Positions 51,396-64,000 of a stretch of 64,000 nucleotides of DNA are shown piece by piece. The DNA lies in NCBI GenBank assembly GCA_030390025.1, contig CM059443.1:8432001-8496000 (forward strand), in the 5' to 3' direction. Each line of letters begins with the position of its first letter. Within the stretch, counting starts at the first letter, position 1. The notes beneath the pieces are model-generated. The model did no database searches. It was not told the origin of the DNA and saw only the letters and a list, made by a program, of their open reading frames with translations. Source of the stretch: Squalus acanthias (Eukaryota). A program made the translations under genes and the position numbers.

Positions 51396-51829
51396 TCTTC
51401 TCTTCTTAGGCAGTCCCTCGGAACCGAGGATGACTTGCTTCCACATTAAAAATGAGTTCTCAGGTGACTGATGAGTCCAATGCGGGACCTACAGTCTCTG
51501 TCACTGGTGGGGCAGACGGTGGTTGAAGGGGCGGGTGGGTGGGGTGCTTGGGTTGACGTGCGCTCCTTGCGCTGCCTGCGCTTGGTTTCCGCTTGCTCCC
51601 GGCGAAGAGACTCGAGGTGTTCGGCGCCTTCCCGGATGCTTCGCCTCCACTTTGTGCGGTCTTGGGCCAGGGATTCCCAGGTGTCGGTGGGGATGTTACA
51701 CTTTTTCAAGGAGGCTTTGAGGGTGTCCTTGAAGCGTTTCCTCTGCCCACCTGGGGCTCTCTTGCCGTGCCGGAGCTCCGAGTAGAGCGCTTGTTTCGGG
51801 AGTCTCATATCGGGCATGCGGACAATGTG
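51396..51829 (-). mobile_element. RTE LINE 3' fragment inserted in a DeuSINE
   Basis: ORF 51446-51847: HIVRMPDMRLPKQALYSELRHGKRAPGGQRKRFKDTLK; exact 11-bp TSD actgagggagt (51385-51395, 51830-51840). Confidence 0.9.
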
Positions 51830-52889
51830 ACTGAGGGAGTGCTGCACTGTCAGAGGTACCTTCTATCAGACGAGATAGTAAAACCGGAGTCCTGCCGGTT
51901 TGTTCAGGTGCAAGTTGAATGGTGTTGGGAGGGTTGGTTTCCCAGAAGGATGAGATCTGAGGGGCTTCCTAATGCAAGCCTGCAAAAATGTAGACAAAAT
52001 AGCCTACAACTTAAATAGTTAACGCTAATGGAAAGTTTCTGTACTGAGTGCTGAGCACTTACCACAGGGACCTCTCTTGTTCAAAGAATTGAGATGGGGG
52101 AAGGGTTCACTGTTGCTATAATAACAAGTGGGGGAGTCATGGAAAAACCAATGAGGCCTAACTAGCTGGAACTGGCATCTCAATTGAAGATATATTCTGG
52201 GTTGCTCTCTCCAGAGATAAATTGCTTCTCCAAGCAGCTGTGGCCTTCCTCTTATCCCTAATGTATTAACCCTTCAGGCACTCTTACATTAGAGGATTAC
52301 AGACAACAAGCAAGCAGCTGATTCTCCCCTTTGTCGGCTACATTTCAAGAAACCGACAGGAGAATGTGGGCCTTTGAATTTGCCGTTGGGTTCAAACCGC
52401 CTGCTTCTGTAACATAAACCCAATGCACTGTCCCCAGCGTTTGTATTTGAGTCTCCACATCGCACAGAGGAGCCCAGAGATTGGCACCCGTCTTAAATGC
52501 CATGAAAGGGAGTGGAACTAATTGAATAGCTCTTTCAAAGAGCCGACACAGGCATGATGGGCTGAATGTCCTCATTCTGTGCTGTGTGATTCTATAAAAA
52601 AAATAATAGGTAGCATTGCCGGCAAATTCAGGGAAACTGTAGACTGACTGGTATTATTTGTTTGCAGCTCTCACTTGGTGAGACAGTCACTAATACTACA
52701 GTAATAAATCCACTGAAACACCAGCAATAGATTTATTCTCAGATTATTAATGCTGAGCTACTAAAATAAACAATAATTAGTTCGTTTTACGAAAATAAAC
52801 TTTACCGAGTGCCATTCTTTCTCCAGTTCACCCTTGTTTCCCATCCCTTGTCTGACTTTATTTAATTTCACTCCTTCTGTATCAACATG

Positions 52890-53842
<953 letters not shown>

Positions 53843-54061
53843 GAGCAGGGATCAGCCACAGAGGAACATGAATCACGATTTATGTTTATTGTCCACACAG
53901 GGCTCAGTGTAAATATAAGTGGATATACAGAGAGAGATCACTGGAAACAGCCTGGGGAGAGGGAGCCCCAGATACACACTTTAAAACAAGTCTTTGGCAG
54001 GACAAGTTGACAGGGCCATTAAAAAAGCATATGGCTCCTTGGCTTTATTAATTGAGACAGA

Positions 54062-55773
54062 GGGCTAGATTTTCCCTGCGGAGGCCGGATGGCGGCGGGA
54101 GAGCTGGTTGGCGGGTTCCGGTCCCGCTCCCGTCTGCAGCCGCTCTCTCAAAAAGATTTGCCGTAGATTGGCCTTGTTAAGCCCGCCCTGCGGGGTTCCC
54201 GGCCAATTAACAGGAAACAGGTCTGATGACGTCATTTGATGACACGTCATCAGCCGGTTTCCTTAAAGGGACCACGGCCACATTGATTTTGACAGTTGTG
54301 CTGTCAGTGCTCTGCAGCATTGAGGTGCTGCAAACACTGACAAGCACTGCACAAAGGTGCACGTCTGCACCCAGGCTCACGCATGACTCCCTCCATATGC
54401 TTATGTAGAGAGTCACAGCACGCAGGGAGATTCTCTTCCCTTCCCATGGGCGGAAGAGACCTCCCCAGGAGACCAACGCAGCCTGGTTGCACATTGCACA
54501 GGAGGGCACAAGCAGGGATGTCGTCAGGAGTGCCAGGCTGCAGTGGCGCCAACCTTTCAATGATCTCAGTAGATCACGAAACGTTACTGCAAAGCCACAC
54601 TCAACCTCATCCTGCTGTGCCACTCATCGCATCCCCATCACTCTGCCTCCCCCACCCTACTCCTGCACATCCTTACTCACACCAACTTACCTTGCACCTC
54701 CACCCAACCCTCTCTAACTACATTATCACTTCCCCATCTCACTAGCTACTCCTCACACTCACCCTCATCCTAGTCCAATCATACCAAGTAACAACACACA
54801 AGGGTAGGCACTTGGGTGTTTTAACCAATGTTCATGTGAAGTTTCTGTTAATGTGCTGTCAAACATTGAAACCATTATTTTCAACACTTTGCGTTCTTGG
54901 ACAGATTTGTGTGCAACTTTGGAAGTGGCTTAGTGAATTGCAGTGAATGGTGAGACATAACAGTACCCCCGGAATGGTGATGAGTGTGAAAGGAATGGCT
55001 TGGGCATTGTAGGGATGCTTTATGGTGTTGGTGTGGGGTGGTGCCAACCTGACGCATCATGTGGCAGCCAGGGTGTACAGCATCAAGTGAAGTAAATCTG
55101 GCCATGGTGAGGCCATCGCTGGCATCCCGGATAGCAATGTGGTCGGGTGCTGATGCCCTGTGTCTTGTGCAGCATCAGGTGATGGCGGAGAAGGTTGGTG
55201 GTGATGTTGGTGTTGGAGCTGATCGTGGAAGGATTCGGAGGACCAAGGTGTGATTTTTTTCAAGGGCACCGATGTTGCTGCAATAGATGGCAGCTGCAGG
55301 TGAGATGACAGAAGCGATCTGTCAGTGGTGAGAGAGGTTGTTCCAATGAGGTGGCACTGATTATACAGTTGGCTCTAAACACTTTGCAAGCTTAAGAAAT
55401 CTCTATATGTCTTACAAATGCAGTAACCAACAGTTTCTGAGCTCTGAAACTGACCATCTGCAACATACATACGAACATGGCATCCTTTACACCACTTCTG
55501 CAGCTGTCAGCTTATCAGAAACATCAGAGCAGACTCAACTCACGCCAGGGTGAGCTGGCGTGTTCCCCGAGCAGCGGGTAACCCGTGGGGGGAGCACGTA
55601 AAATTGGAAGGTAGCCTCAAAATAGCATTAAATTGGCTGTTAACAAGCCATTTAACAAGCTCAATTGTCTCCCCTGCCACTTGGCGTCGGGTCAGTTCTC
55701 CGCTGACAGACCCGACACCTGGGAGACTCGCGTGGAGGTGGGTTGACAGCGGGTTTCCTACAAAATCCAGCCC
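54062..55773. mobile_element. Harbinger deletion derivative (1.7 kb) retaining a Myb/SANT-like exon, inserted in CR1
   Basis: TIRs gggctagatttt / aaaatccagccc; flanks aga/tga; CR1 at about 54005-54061 resumes at 55774. Confidence 0.85.
54367..54582 (+). pseudogene. Myb/SANT-like (trihelix) DNA-binding domain remnant of the Harbinger accessory gene
   Basis: One frame: APRLTHDSLHMLM*RVTARREILFPSHGRKRPPQETNAAWLHIAQEGTSRDVVRSARLQWRQPFNDLSRS, with the W..IA, R...Q and FNDL pattern; in-frame TAG at 54406-54408. Confidence 0.7.
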
Positions 55774-56367
55774 TGAGAGTACAAAAGCAAGGAAGTTATG
55801 CTAAACCTTTATAAAACACTGGTTAGGCCTCAGCTGGAGTATTGTGTTCAATTCTGGGCATCACACTTTAGGAAGGATGTCAAGGCCTTAGAGAGGGTGC
55901 AGAGGAGATTTACTAGAATGGTATCAGGGATGAGGGACTTCAGTTACGTGGAGAGACTGGAGAAGCTGGGATTGTTCCCCTTAGAGCAGAGAACATTAAG
56001 GGGAGATTTAATAGAGGTGTTCAAAATCATGAACAGTTTTGATAGAGTAAGTAAGGAGAAACTGTTTCCACTGGCAGGAGGGTTGGTAATCAGAAGACAC
56101 AGGTTTAAGATCATTGTTAAAAGAAACAGAGGGCGATGAGGAGATTTTTTTTTTACGCAGCGAGTTGTTGTGATCTGGAACGCGCTGCCTGAAAGGGCGG
56201 TGGAAGCAGATTCAACAGTAACTTTCAAAAGGGAATTGGATAAATAGTTGAAGTGGAAATAATTGCAGGGCTATGAGGAAAGAGCAGGGGAGTGGGACTA
56301 ATTGGATCGCTCCACCAAAGAGGCACAACGGGCCGAATGGCCTCCTTCTGTGCTGTAAGATTCTATG
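55774..56367 (+). mobile_element. CR1 3' fragment
   Basis: ORF 55798-56139: LYKTLVRPQLEYCVQFWASHFRKDVKALERVQRRFTRM. Confidence 0.92.
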
Positions 56368-56679
56368 TTGTTTTGTAACCTCTTTTTAAGCTTCGAAGCT
56401 CTCACCTTTATTCTTCTGCTTTATTGTTTCCAATGATCGATTTTTGGATGCAATTTAAAAAAAAAAAAGAACTACAGTTTTGGTCACTTTCCAGCCAATG
56501 AAAAGCCCAGAATCTGTTGATTGATATGATTATATCATTGGGTGGGATCAGGTTAATCTTTGACCTGTAAAACTGCGTCCAAACAGAATGGCTTCTGCAG
56601 GATAAGAGACAGCTCACTCAGCCTGACAGCGCTGGGCGAGTAAACTCAACTCTGGCACCGGCAGAGTTAATAGTGAAGG

Positions 56680-56761
56680 ATGTTGCCTGGCCTGCTGAGT
56701 TTTTCCAGCGTTTTCTGTTGTTGTTTCAATTTTCCAGCATCTGCAGTATTTTGCTATCATC
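56680..56761 (+). mobile_element. Second Penelope-type terminal fragment
   Basis: Shares gcctggcctgctgagtttttccagcgttttctgttgtt with 35907-36006; 13-bp direct repeat ttaatagtgaagg on both sides. Confidence 0.7.
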
Positions 56762-57574
56762 TTAATAGTGAAGGTGTTGGCTCAGTTTGTTGATGCTCCA
56801 TCTAGTGCCATTATCGGGTGACAGGTTCAATCCCTGGCCTGTGCTGATTTAGTTCATCTCAGTCAGAGGGCTGTGTTTTGGCATCTTCACCCTTGGGCTG
56901 GGGCGGGGAGCTGAAATGGGCCAGAATTCCCTGATTGCCATCCAGTCGTCCCCCTGCAGGAAATTCCCCGAGCCTTGGATTGGGCCCGTTTGGTCGAATA
57001 GCTGGCTGCCTTTCCCGGTCAGAATGCACGTGTGAAGAATGACTGCTTGGGTCAAGTACTTGGAGGGCTGACAGCACCCGAGGGACCTTACCCCAGCAAT
57101 CAGTGAAGGAGGTGGGGTTGCTGCTATTTTCCTAACACTTGATACTATAATGCATTAAAGCAAAACTTTTCTGTAAAGAAAAAGATTATTGCTCTCTATC
57201 AGATCTCCTGGGAATTATTAAATGAGCTCTTTCATCCACAGTAATGGAAATCGATGCCAGGTTTAATTTATTTATGAAACTGACCCAGCTGTGAGCTAGG
57301 GATTTTGAAAAGAACCGTTTTATTATTTTAATGCTTCATGCAGATTAAAACAAAATTATTCTAAAGGATTAGGAGTTATCTGGGATCTGAGAATGCTTAG
57401 TGTAACGGATTCATTGAACTCTATTTCATGTTGATTGCCACGGCTTGTTCCCTCCCCCCTTGTGGTACAGCCCAGGATGTTTGCTGTGGGCTCCTTTTCG
57501 GTGTGTGACTCAGTGTACCGAAGTGCTGAGGGGCTAAGATAAGGCTCATTTGGCCTGTCCAAGCTCGTTACAGT

Positions 57575-57965
57575 GCCTAAACTCTGCCATCATAGCTCAT
57601 CCCTCTATCACCCAAACTCTCCCATCGAAGCTCGTTCCTCTATTACCAGAACTCTCCCATCGAAACTCATCCCTCTATTACCCAAACTCTCCCATCGAAG
57701 CTCGTTCCTCTATTACCCAAACTCTCCCATCGAAGCTCGTTCCTCTATTACCCAAACTATCTCTTCGAAGCTCATCAGTTTGGAAAGTGGGATTAGGCTG
57801 GATAGCTCTTTTTCGGCCGGCACAGACACCATGGGACGAATGGCCTCCCTCTTTGCCGTAAATTTCTATGATTCTATGATACCCAAACTCTCCCATCGAA
57901 GCTCGTCCCTTTATTACCCAAACTCTCCCATCGAAGCTCGTTCCTCTAATGCCCTAAACTCTCCA
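57575..57965. repeat. 35-bp minisatellite (acccaaactctcccatcgaagctcgttcctctatt) interrupted by a CR1 3' tail (about 57778-57879)
   Basis: About 8 units seen directly; CR1 tail ggaaagtgggattaggctgg...ttctatgattctatgat. Confidence 0.9.
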
Positions 57966-57982
57966 ATTGCAGCATCCAGCTA

Positions 57983-58339
57983 CAGTGATCTCTCGTTTAA
58001 ACGGCACCTAAATATCCGGAATTCTCTAATAACCGGCAGAATTCATACTCCCGAAAACTACAGTATACAGTCGTTTATAAGTTTTGTTTTACTGTTAAGT
58101 AATTAGAGAGTTATGGATTACCCTCAACTGGCCGTACTGTACTTAATGAAGCATCTTCCACCATCCATTTAACACAACATTCTGCAGGTGAGTACCCAAT
58201 TATACTGCAAATTTCTTGATTTTTTTATTTTTGTTTGTTAAAAAATAGCCTCGGTAGATATACCTCTCCGTTATCCGGAATTTTTAATCAACCGGCACCA
58301 TCCCGGTCCCATCGGTGCCGGATACCAAAGAGTTTCCTG
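57983..58339. mobile_element. Tc1/mariner-pogo (Tigger-like) MITE
   Basis: TA|cagtgatctctcgtttaaacggcacc ... ggtgccggataccaaagagtttcctg|TA; TA TSD, imperfect TIRs of about 26 bp, subterminal tatccggaat repeats. Confidence 0.72.
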
Positions 58340-58567
58340 TACATTTTGGAGAGATGGGAGTGCAATATCTGTCGGCCCACTCCTGATCTGCTGCCGTATC
58401 TTCAGCGGAAGATTGGCAGAGAATATGTTGAGTCTGTGGGGTATCACTGACATTACGGCGTGAGATCAGGAGAACCCGGTGGAAATTCTACCACCCCCAA
58501 TGGTTTTTCGGCTGTCCAGCCTGGTAAATTTTACGAAACATTTTCCATTCTTCGAGTGAGAATGTTA

Positions 58568-58832
58568 GAAAGAAAGAAAGACTTGCATTTATATAGCACC
58601 TTTCATGACCACCGGACATCTCAACGGGCTTTACAGCCAATGAAGTACTTTTGAAGTGTAGTCACTGTTGTAATGTGGGAAACGCGGCAGCCAATTTGCG
58701 CACAGCAAGCTCCCACAAACAGCAATGCGATAATGACCAGATAATCTGTTTTTGTTACGTTGATTGAGAGATAAATATTGGCAGTCAGGGCTTCGGTTTA
58801 ATATGTCATCTGAAGGACAGTAACTCCCAACG
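58568..58832 (-). mobile_element. DeuSINE 3' part
   Basis: gaaagaaagaaagacttgcatttatatagc tail and core. Confidence 0.85.
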
Positions 58833-59260
58833 GACTGCAAGGGTTAATTTACGAGGAGAGATTACACAAATTAGGGTTGTATTCCCTAGAATTTAGAAGG
58901 TTAAGGGGTGATCTGATCGAAGTTTTCAGGATATTAAGGGGAACAGATAGGGTAGATAGAGAGAAACTATTTCTGCTGGTTGGGGATTCCAGGACTAGGG
59001 GGCATAGTCTAAAAATTAGAGCCAGACCTTTCAGGAGTGAAATTAGGAAACACTTCTACACACAAAGGGTGGCAGAAGTTTGGAACTCTCTTCCGCAAAC
59101 AGCAATTGAAGCTGGATCAATTGTTAATTTTAAATCGGAGATTGATAGCTTTTTGTTAACCGAAGGTATTGAGGGATGTGGAGTTAGATTGCAGATCAAC
59201 TATGATCTCATTTAACAGGCTCGAGGGGCTCAATGGCCTACTCCTGTTCCTATGTTCCTA
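58833..59260 (+). mobile_element. CR1 3' end
   Basis: ORF 58877-59215; near-identical to 30730-31180. Confidence 0.9.
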
Positions 59261-59266
59261 ACAATT

Positions 59267-59575
59267 GGCAGCACGGTGGCATAGTGGTTAGCCCTGTTGC
59301 CTCACAGCGCCAGGGACCCGGGTTCGAATCCGGCCTCGGATGACTGTCTGTGTGGAGTTTGCACATTCTCCCCGTGTCTGCGTGGGTTTCCTCCGGGTGC
59401 TCCGGTTTCCTCCCACAGTCCAAAGATGTGCGGGTTAGGTTGATTTGGCTATGATAAATTGACCCTTAGTGTTAGGGGGGGATTAAATATGTGGGGTTAC
59501 TGGGACATGTGTCGGTGCAGGCTCGATGGGCCGAAATGGCCTCTATCTGCACTGTGGGGATTCTGTGATTCTGTG
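59267..59575 (+). mobile_element. HE1-like V-SINE (elasmobranch tRNA-derived SINE)
   Basis: A box tggcatagtgg, B box ggttcgaatcc, V-domain gtggagtttgcacattctccccgtgtctgcgtgggtttcctccgggtgctccggtttcctcccaca, CR1-like tail gatgggccgaaatggcc...gattctgtgattctgtg. Confidence 0.9.
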
Positions 59576-62500
59576 TGAATGCAGTGGTCCCTTCAGCATT
59601 GTACTGGAGTATCTGCCTGGATTATGTGCTGAGGCGCTGGAGTGGGGCTTGAACCCACAACCTTTGGACTCGAAGGGGAGAGCACGACCACTCCGCCAAA
59701 CTTGATGAAGCTTATATTTCTGCGGTGCTCCCTGTGTGTGGAAAGAAGCCTTAACAACAACAACTTACATTTATATCGCGGCTTTATTGTAGAAAAACAT
59801 CCCAAGGTGCTTCACAAAGCCGTAATTTAAAAAAAATGTTTTGTAGGGTGGAGAGGGGAAAATGAGCAGAAAGGAAAAGCGAGATAGGAGTGGAAACAAA
59901 AATATTGTCAACCGGGAGGGTTTTTGGGACCTTTTTGAAAGCGGGGGGAGGGATTTAGGGAGAACTTCCAGCGCGAAGAGGCATAAAATCTAAAAGAAGA
60001 TCTCGCCACACCTCCTGTACTGCTTTATTTCTAGATAGCCTTCTCTAATATTTCCTCGTTGCTATAAAACAGACCAGACCACACTCATTTATTTAACAAA
60101 TGAGCTGCATAGTCGCAATATTTCTGGACCTTTTCAGACGGTGTCTAGTTGTTGACAGAGCACAGGGTTGGTGGGCAGTGGGAGTGGGGGTGGAGGACTG
60201 ACAGCCTCCCGGGACACCCCGAGCAAAAGTCGATCAATAATTCAAAGCTCTCCGACATGAATCGGCACGCTCACAGACTACTGCGGAAAGACGGAAAGGG
60301 GCTGGAAGAGAAAAGGGAGAAGGAAAGAATTAAGCACGGCCACAAGGGATCTTTTATTCTTTGGATCGCTGCTGTGTTCAAATCGAGACTCATCGCACCA
60401 TCTCCAGCTCTAATTAACTTGTTTCTGAGACTTCAAAACGATGGGATTCCTTAGCTCGCTCGGTCTTCCTTTCCTACAAGCTTTTAAAACTCAAGCTTGG
60501 TGACATCTCATTACCGCTTCATGATTTTCCTCATCGCCTCGCCTATCCTTTTCAACCTTGACTGTCTCCTGTCCTGCACTGCGGGCATTCCCAGGCTGTC
60601 TTGTTTTCGGTGTTTATGGGATAATGCCATTCAGCAGTCAAGGGCTTGTTCTGCAGCAGTTTATATAAAACAAATGAGGGTGTGAGGGAATCTGTGTGTC
60701 CTGGATAGTTCTTCCCCCCCCCCGCCCCCACCTCCATCACCAAGAAAAGGGTAAAACAGACAGGGGAGGAGAAAAGAGGAAAGGGGAATAAATTATAAAA
60801 TGACCCCCAACCCCCACCCCTTCCTCTTCTGATGCCGCTAATTTATCTCGGGATGCAGTTCTACAGTTGCCCACCAACTAACTGGTCATCGTCCTGTATG
60901 AGCTTAGACAATGAGTGTCATGTGGCTATTTAACCATGTGAAGCATCACATCCAAGTCCAAAATGGTCCTCACCAAGGTCCAGTCATTACTTTCCCAAAG
61001 ACCAATCCCCCCCATTACACCACCCAAATGCCTCTTGAATGTCTCTGGAATTTTTGCCTCCACTCCCCTACCTGGAAAACCATTCCAGGTGTTAATCACT
61101 CTGAGTGAGGTAGTCATCCCTGACGTCAGTCCTGAACGTGCCTTTTACCAGTTCGTACCTCTGCCTCCTCGTCCTTATCCTGCTTTAACTTTGAATAGTG
61201 CTCAGGATGAAGTTTATCTTTTCCACTTTCATTCACCTCCTTTCAGAACCTGTAGGTATGAGATGAATTAAGATGGGCCGAATGGCCTTCCTAATCTGTA
61301 CTTACTTTCCGGCAGGGGTCACTGGATAGTGATCAGAAGCAGGAATCCTGGGTGATTATTTTACTCTCTGCTGTAGTACGGGGACAGTAGTGCAGTTGTA
61401 AGGTGCCCATCTAAACGCAGATGAGCGGACCTAGCTCAACACAGATCAGGGACTGAACATGGGATCCCTCTGGTCTGTATGGCTCAGTACCACGTTACTC
61501 AGTGCACGTGCCCGCTGTGCCATCAAGGAGCCCTGCCGTGTATTGCTTTTATATAAAAGAAAGGATGTTTATGTTTTTTACCCACTCAGTTCATTACTGT
61601 CTCGCAGAGTCAACACACAACCCATTTGTCATCTGCCCACTTTATAAGCTAAAGACAAAGTTTGCCTGAGGGTCCAGTCCAGGCCAGGAAAGTCGCTAGT
61701 TGGGTCCCTGATCTGTGATCAATTGGCTTGTCTTGGCTGAGGTTGAAGTTTAAGCCCTACAATTGGCCTCAGCACGTCTTGGGGGGGTGGGGGGGGGGTG
61801 GGTAGGGAAGGGAGAAATGATTACTGTCTGTCCCTGTCGCAAAGCAAACCTGTGCAGATGTTGAGTGAGGACAGGATTGGACTCGGGTGCGATGCCCCAT
61901 GTAGTCGAATAGTCCACAGACACTCACTGCCTGGAGTGGCACCCGGACAGTTGCTGAGCTACTGGAGGTGAGAATGGCACCTCGGGATTCATACCCCACC
62001 AAGGAGGGGGGGAAAAATAAAACAAAGGGTCAAATGAACATTTCACTGATGGCGCTTTTAACATCAATGCCATCAGATAGTGGAGAATGAGGCACAAGAG
62101 AGGGTCTGAAATGGGAGGGTCAGTGCTGCGCAGATTGATGACCAGTCAATGCTGGGCTCCCTGCAGTGAGATCATCTCCTCATTAATCATTACTTAAGGC
62201 AATGAGGTCCCGGGGAATGAAAATGTTCTGTTTTGTTCCGAATTACAGATATTTTCAGTTTAAGATCTGACATGGGGGAATGGAACAAAAGCAGCCATAA
62301 CACTTGAGTTTTTCACAGAGAAACCAAACATCCCTATCAGCTGATGTGTTCATTACAGGAACAACAGATAGCGGATAAGGACAGAATGGAAGGTTACCTC
62401 AGGCCGAGCTTTGCCACACAACTGACACTAACTGAACAATGGAATTATAACAGTCCAATCTGTGAGAGGATGGCTGGCCAGCAAGATAAATGGGCCTCTC

Positions 62501-63317
62501 TCCCAGCTGATGTTTCCCAGATAACCTGCTTCTGCTTTGTGCTGCTCTATCTTCCATTTGCCTGTTAGTTTTTATATTCGATCCACATTTCTCTGTTTTA
62601 AGGCAGTGCATCTGTGCTCCCGTTGACTTCTAAATTGTCTCAATATCCGTGCAATATTTTATTCGGCTGTCTTCACTTAATTATTTCCCCAGCGATCTGT
62701 ATTCTCTTTGCAGTTATTGAAAGCTCTAGACTAAAAATAACTTTCTTCTGGCCTTATTCCCTCCAATTTCCTAGCCTCCTGGCTGGTGCGGGGGTACAGT
62801 TCCGCCAGGCACCAGGCCTTTCCTTACTTTACCTCACCTGTGTAGCTATTCACCCTGTGTGTGCATAGAGAGGGAGGCTATTTATGCATGGGGGGCATCA
62901 CCGCCAAATCTGATCTTTTCAATACATCTCTACTTTCTTGCAGGGGTCACTGGAAAGCAATGTGGCTAATCTCCCGCCTCCCCCCCCCCCTCCCCCCACC
63001 CCCCCCCCCCCCGCCATCACTCCTCTCCCAAGTCCAGTGTTTTTGAGGCTAATTGCCTTCCTCATCACTCCAGCTACCTCAGCTGCGAACGGCTAACTGG
63101 ACATCAATCTCGGGATCAATCCCCAGGATTGTGCTGCAGCCTCCAGGAATTAAAGGTTAATCTGTGAGCAACTCGGGTTTTAAAAACATTTATTTCAACA
63201 TTTTTGTTTATTAGTTATAAAAATATCGACATGGGGGGAAAAACAGCTTGTTGATTGACAGTCAAGAATCATCCAATTGGGTAATGAAGATTATATTTGC
63301 TTTCCAATTGATGTGGG

Positions 63318-64000
63318 AACATAAGAACATTGCATAAGAAATAGGAGCAGGAGTAGGCCATTTGGCCCTTCGAGCCTGCTCCGCCATTCAATAAGATCAT
63401 GGCTGATCTTCTAGATCAACTCCACCTTCCTGCACTATCCCCATATCCCTTAATTCCCTTCGTTCCCAAAAATGTATCAGCCTCTGTCTTGAACATACTC
63501 AACGACTGAGCATCATCCACAGCCCTCTGGGGTAGAGAATTCCAAAGATTCACAACCCTTTGAGTGAAGAAATTTCTCCTCATCTCAGTCCTAAATGGCC
63601 GACCCCTTATTCTGAGACTGTGACCCTGCATTCTAGATTCCCCAGCCAGGGGAAACATTTTCTCAGCATTAACCCTGTTAAGCCCTGTAAGAATTTTATA
63701 TGTTTCAATTAGATCACCTCTCATTCTTCTAAACTCTAGGGAATATAGGCCCATTCTACTCAATCTCTCCTCATAGGACAACCCTTTCATCCCAGGAATC
63801 AGTCTAGTGAACCTTCGTTGCACCGCCTCCAAGGCAAGTATATCCTTCCTTAGGTAAGGAGACCAAAATTGTACACAGTACTCCAGGTGTGGTCTCACCA
63901 GGGCCCTATATAATTGTAGTAAGACTTCTTTACTCTTATACTCTAATCCCTTTGTAACAAAAGCTATCATACCATTTGCTTTCCTAATTGCTTGCTCTAC
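63318..64000 (-). mobile_element. CR1 3' part, continuing past the window end
   Basis: ORF 63416-63970, highly similar to 225-1127. Confidence 0.95.

Noticed and set aside
59267-59340. Functional tRNA gene
   Set aside because: A and B boxes run directly into a V-SINE body and CR1-type tail, so it is a SINE head.

Overview
Repeat-rich vertebrate genomic DNA, almost certainly a cartilaginous fish (shark), inferred from HE1-type V-SINE, SacSINE1-like DeuSINEs and shark-type CR1 LINEs. Only one host coding exon is recognisable: a 216-bp phase-1/phase-1 internal exon (49382-49597, +) of an SHB/SHD/SHF-family SH2 adaptor, most like SHD. The rest of the window is therefore probably intron of that gene. 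It is densely filled with nested mobile DNA: about 20 CR1 fragments, L2, RTE and a Vingi-like LINE, a probable solo LTR, PIF/Harbinger-type MITEs (one keeping a Myb/SANT exon), hAT and pogo/Tigger MITEs, three minisatellite families, a decayed tRNA-Glu copy and a 529-nt N gap. The most notable small signals are a minimal hammerhead-ribozyme motif in a Penelope-type insertion, a SOX/DMRT-motif minisatellite hit by several insertions, an LF-SINE-like relic, and a high-copy ancient tRNA-headed SINE I cannot name. I see no intact novel multi-gene system. Family names come from recalled consensus sequences, not database searches. Boundaries of degenerate repeats are approximate.
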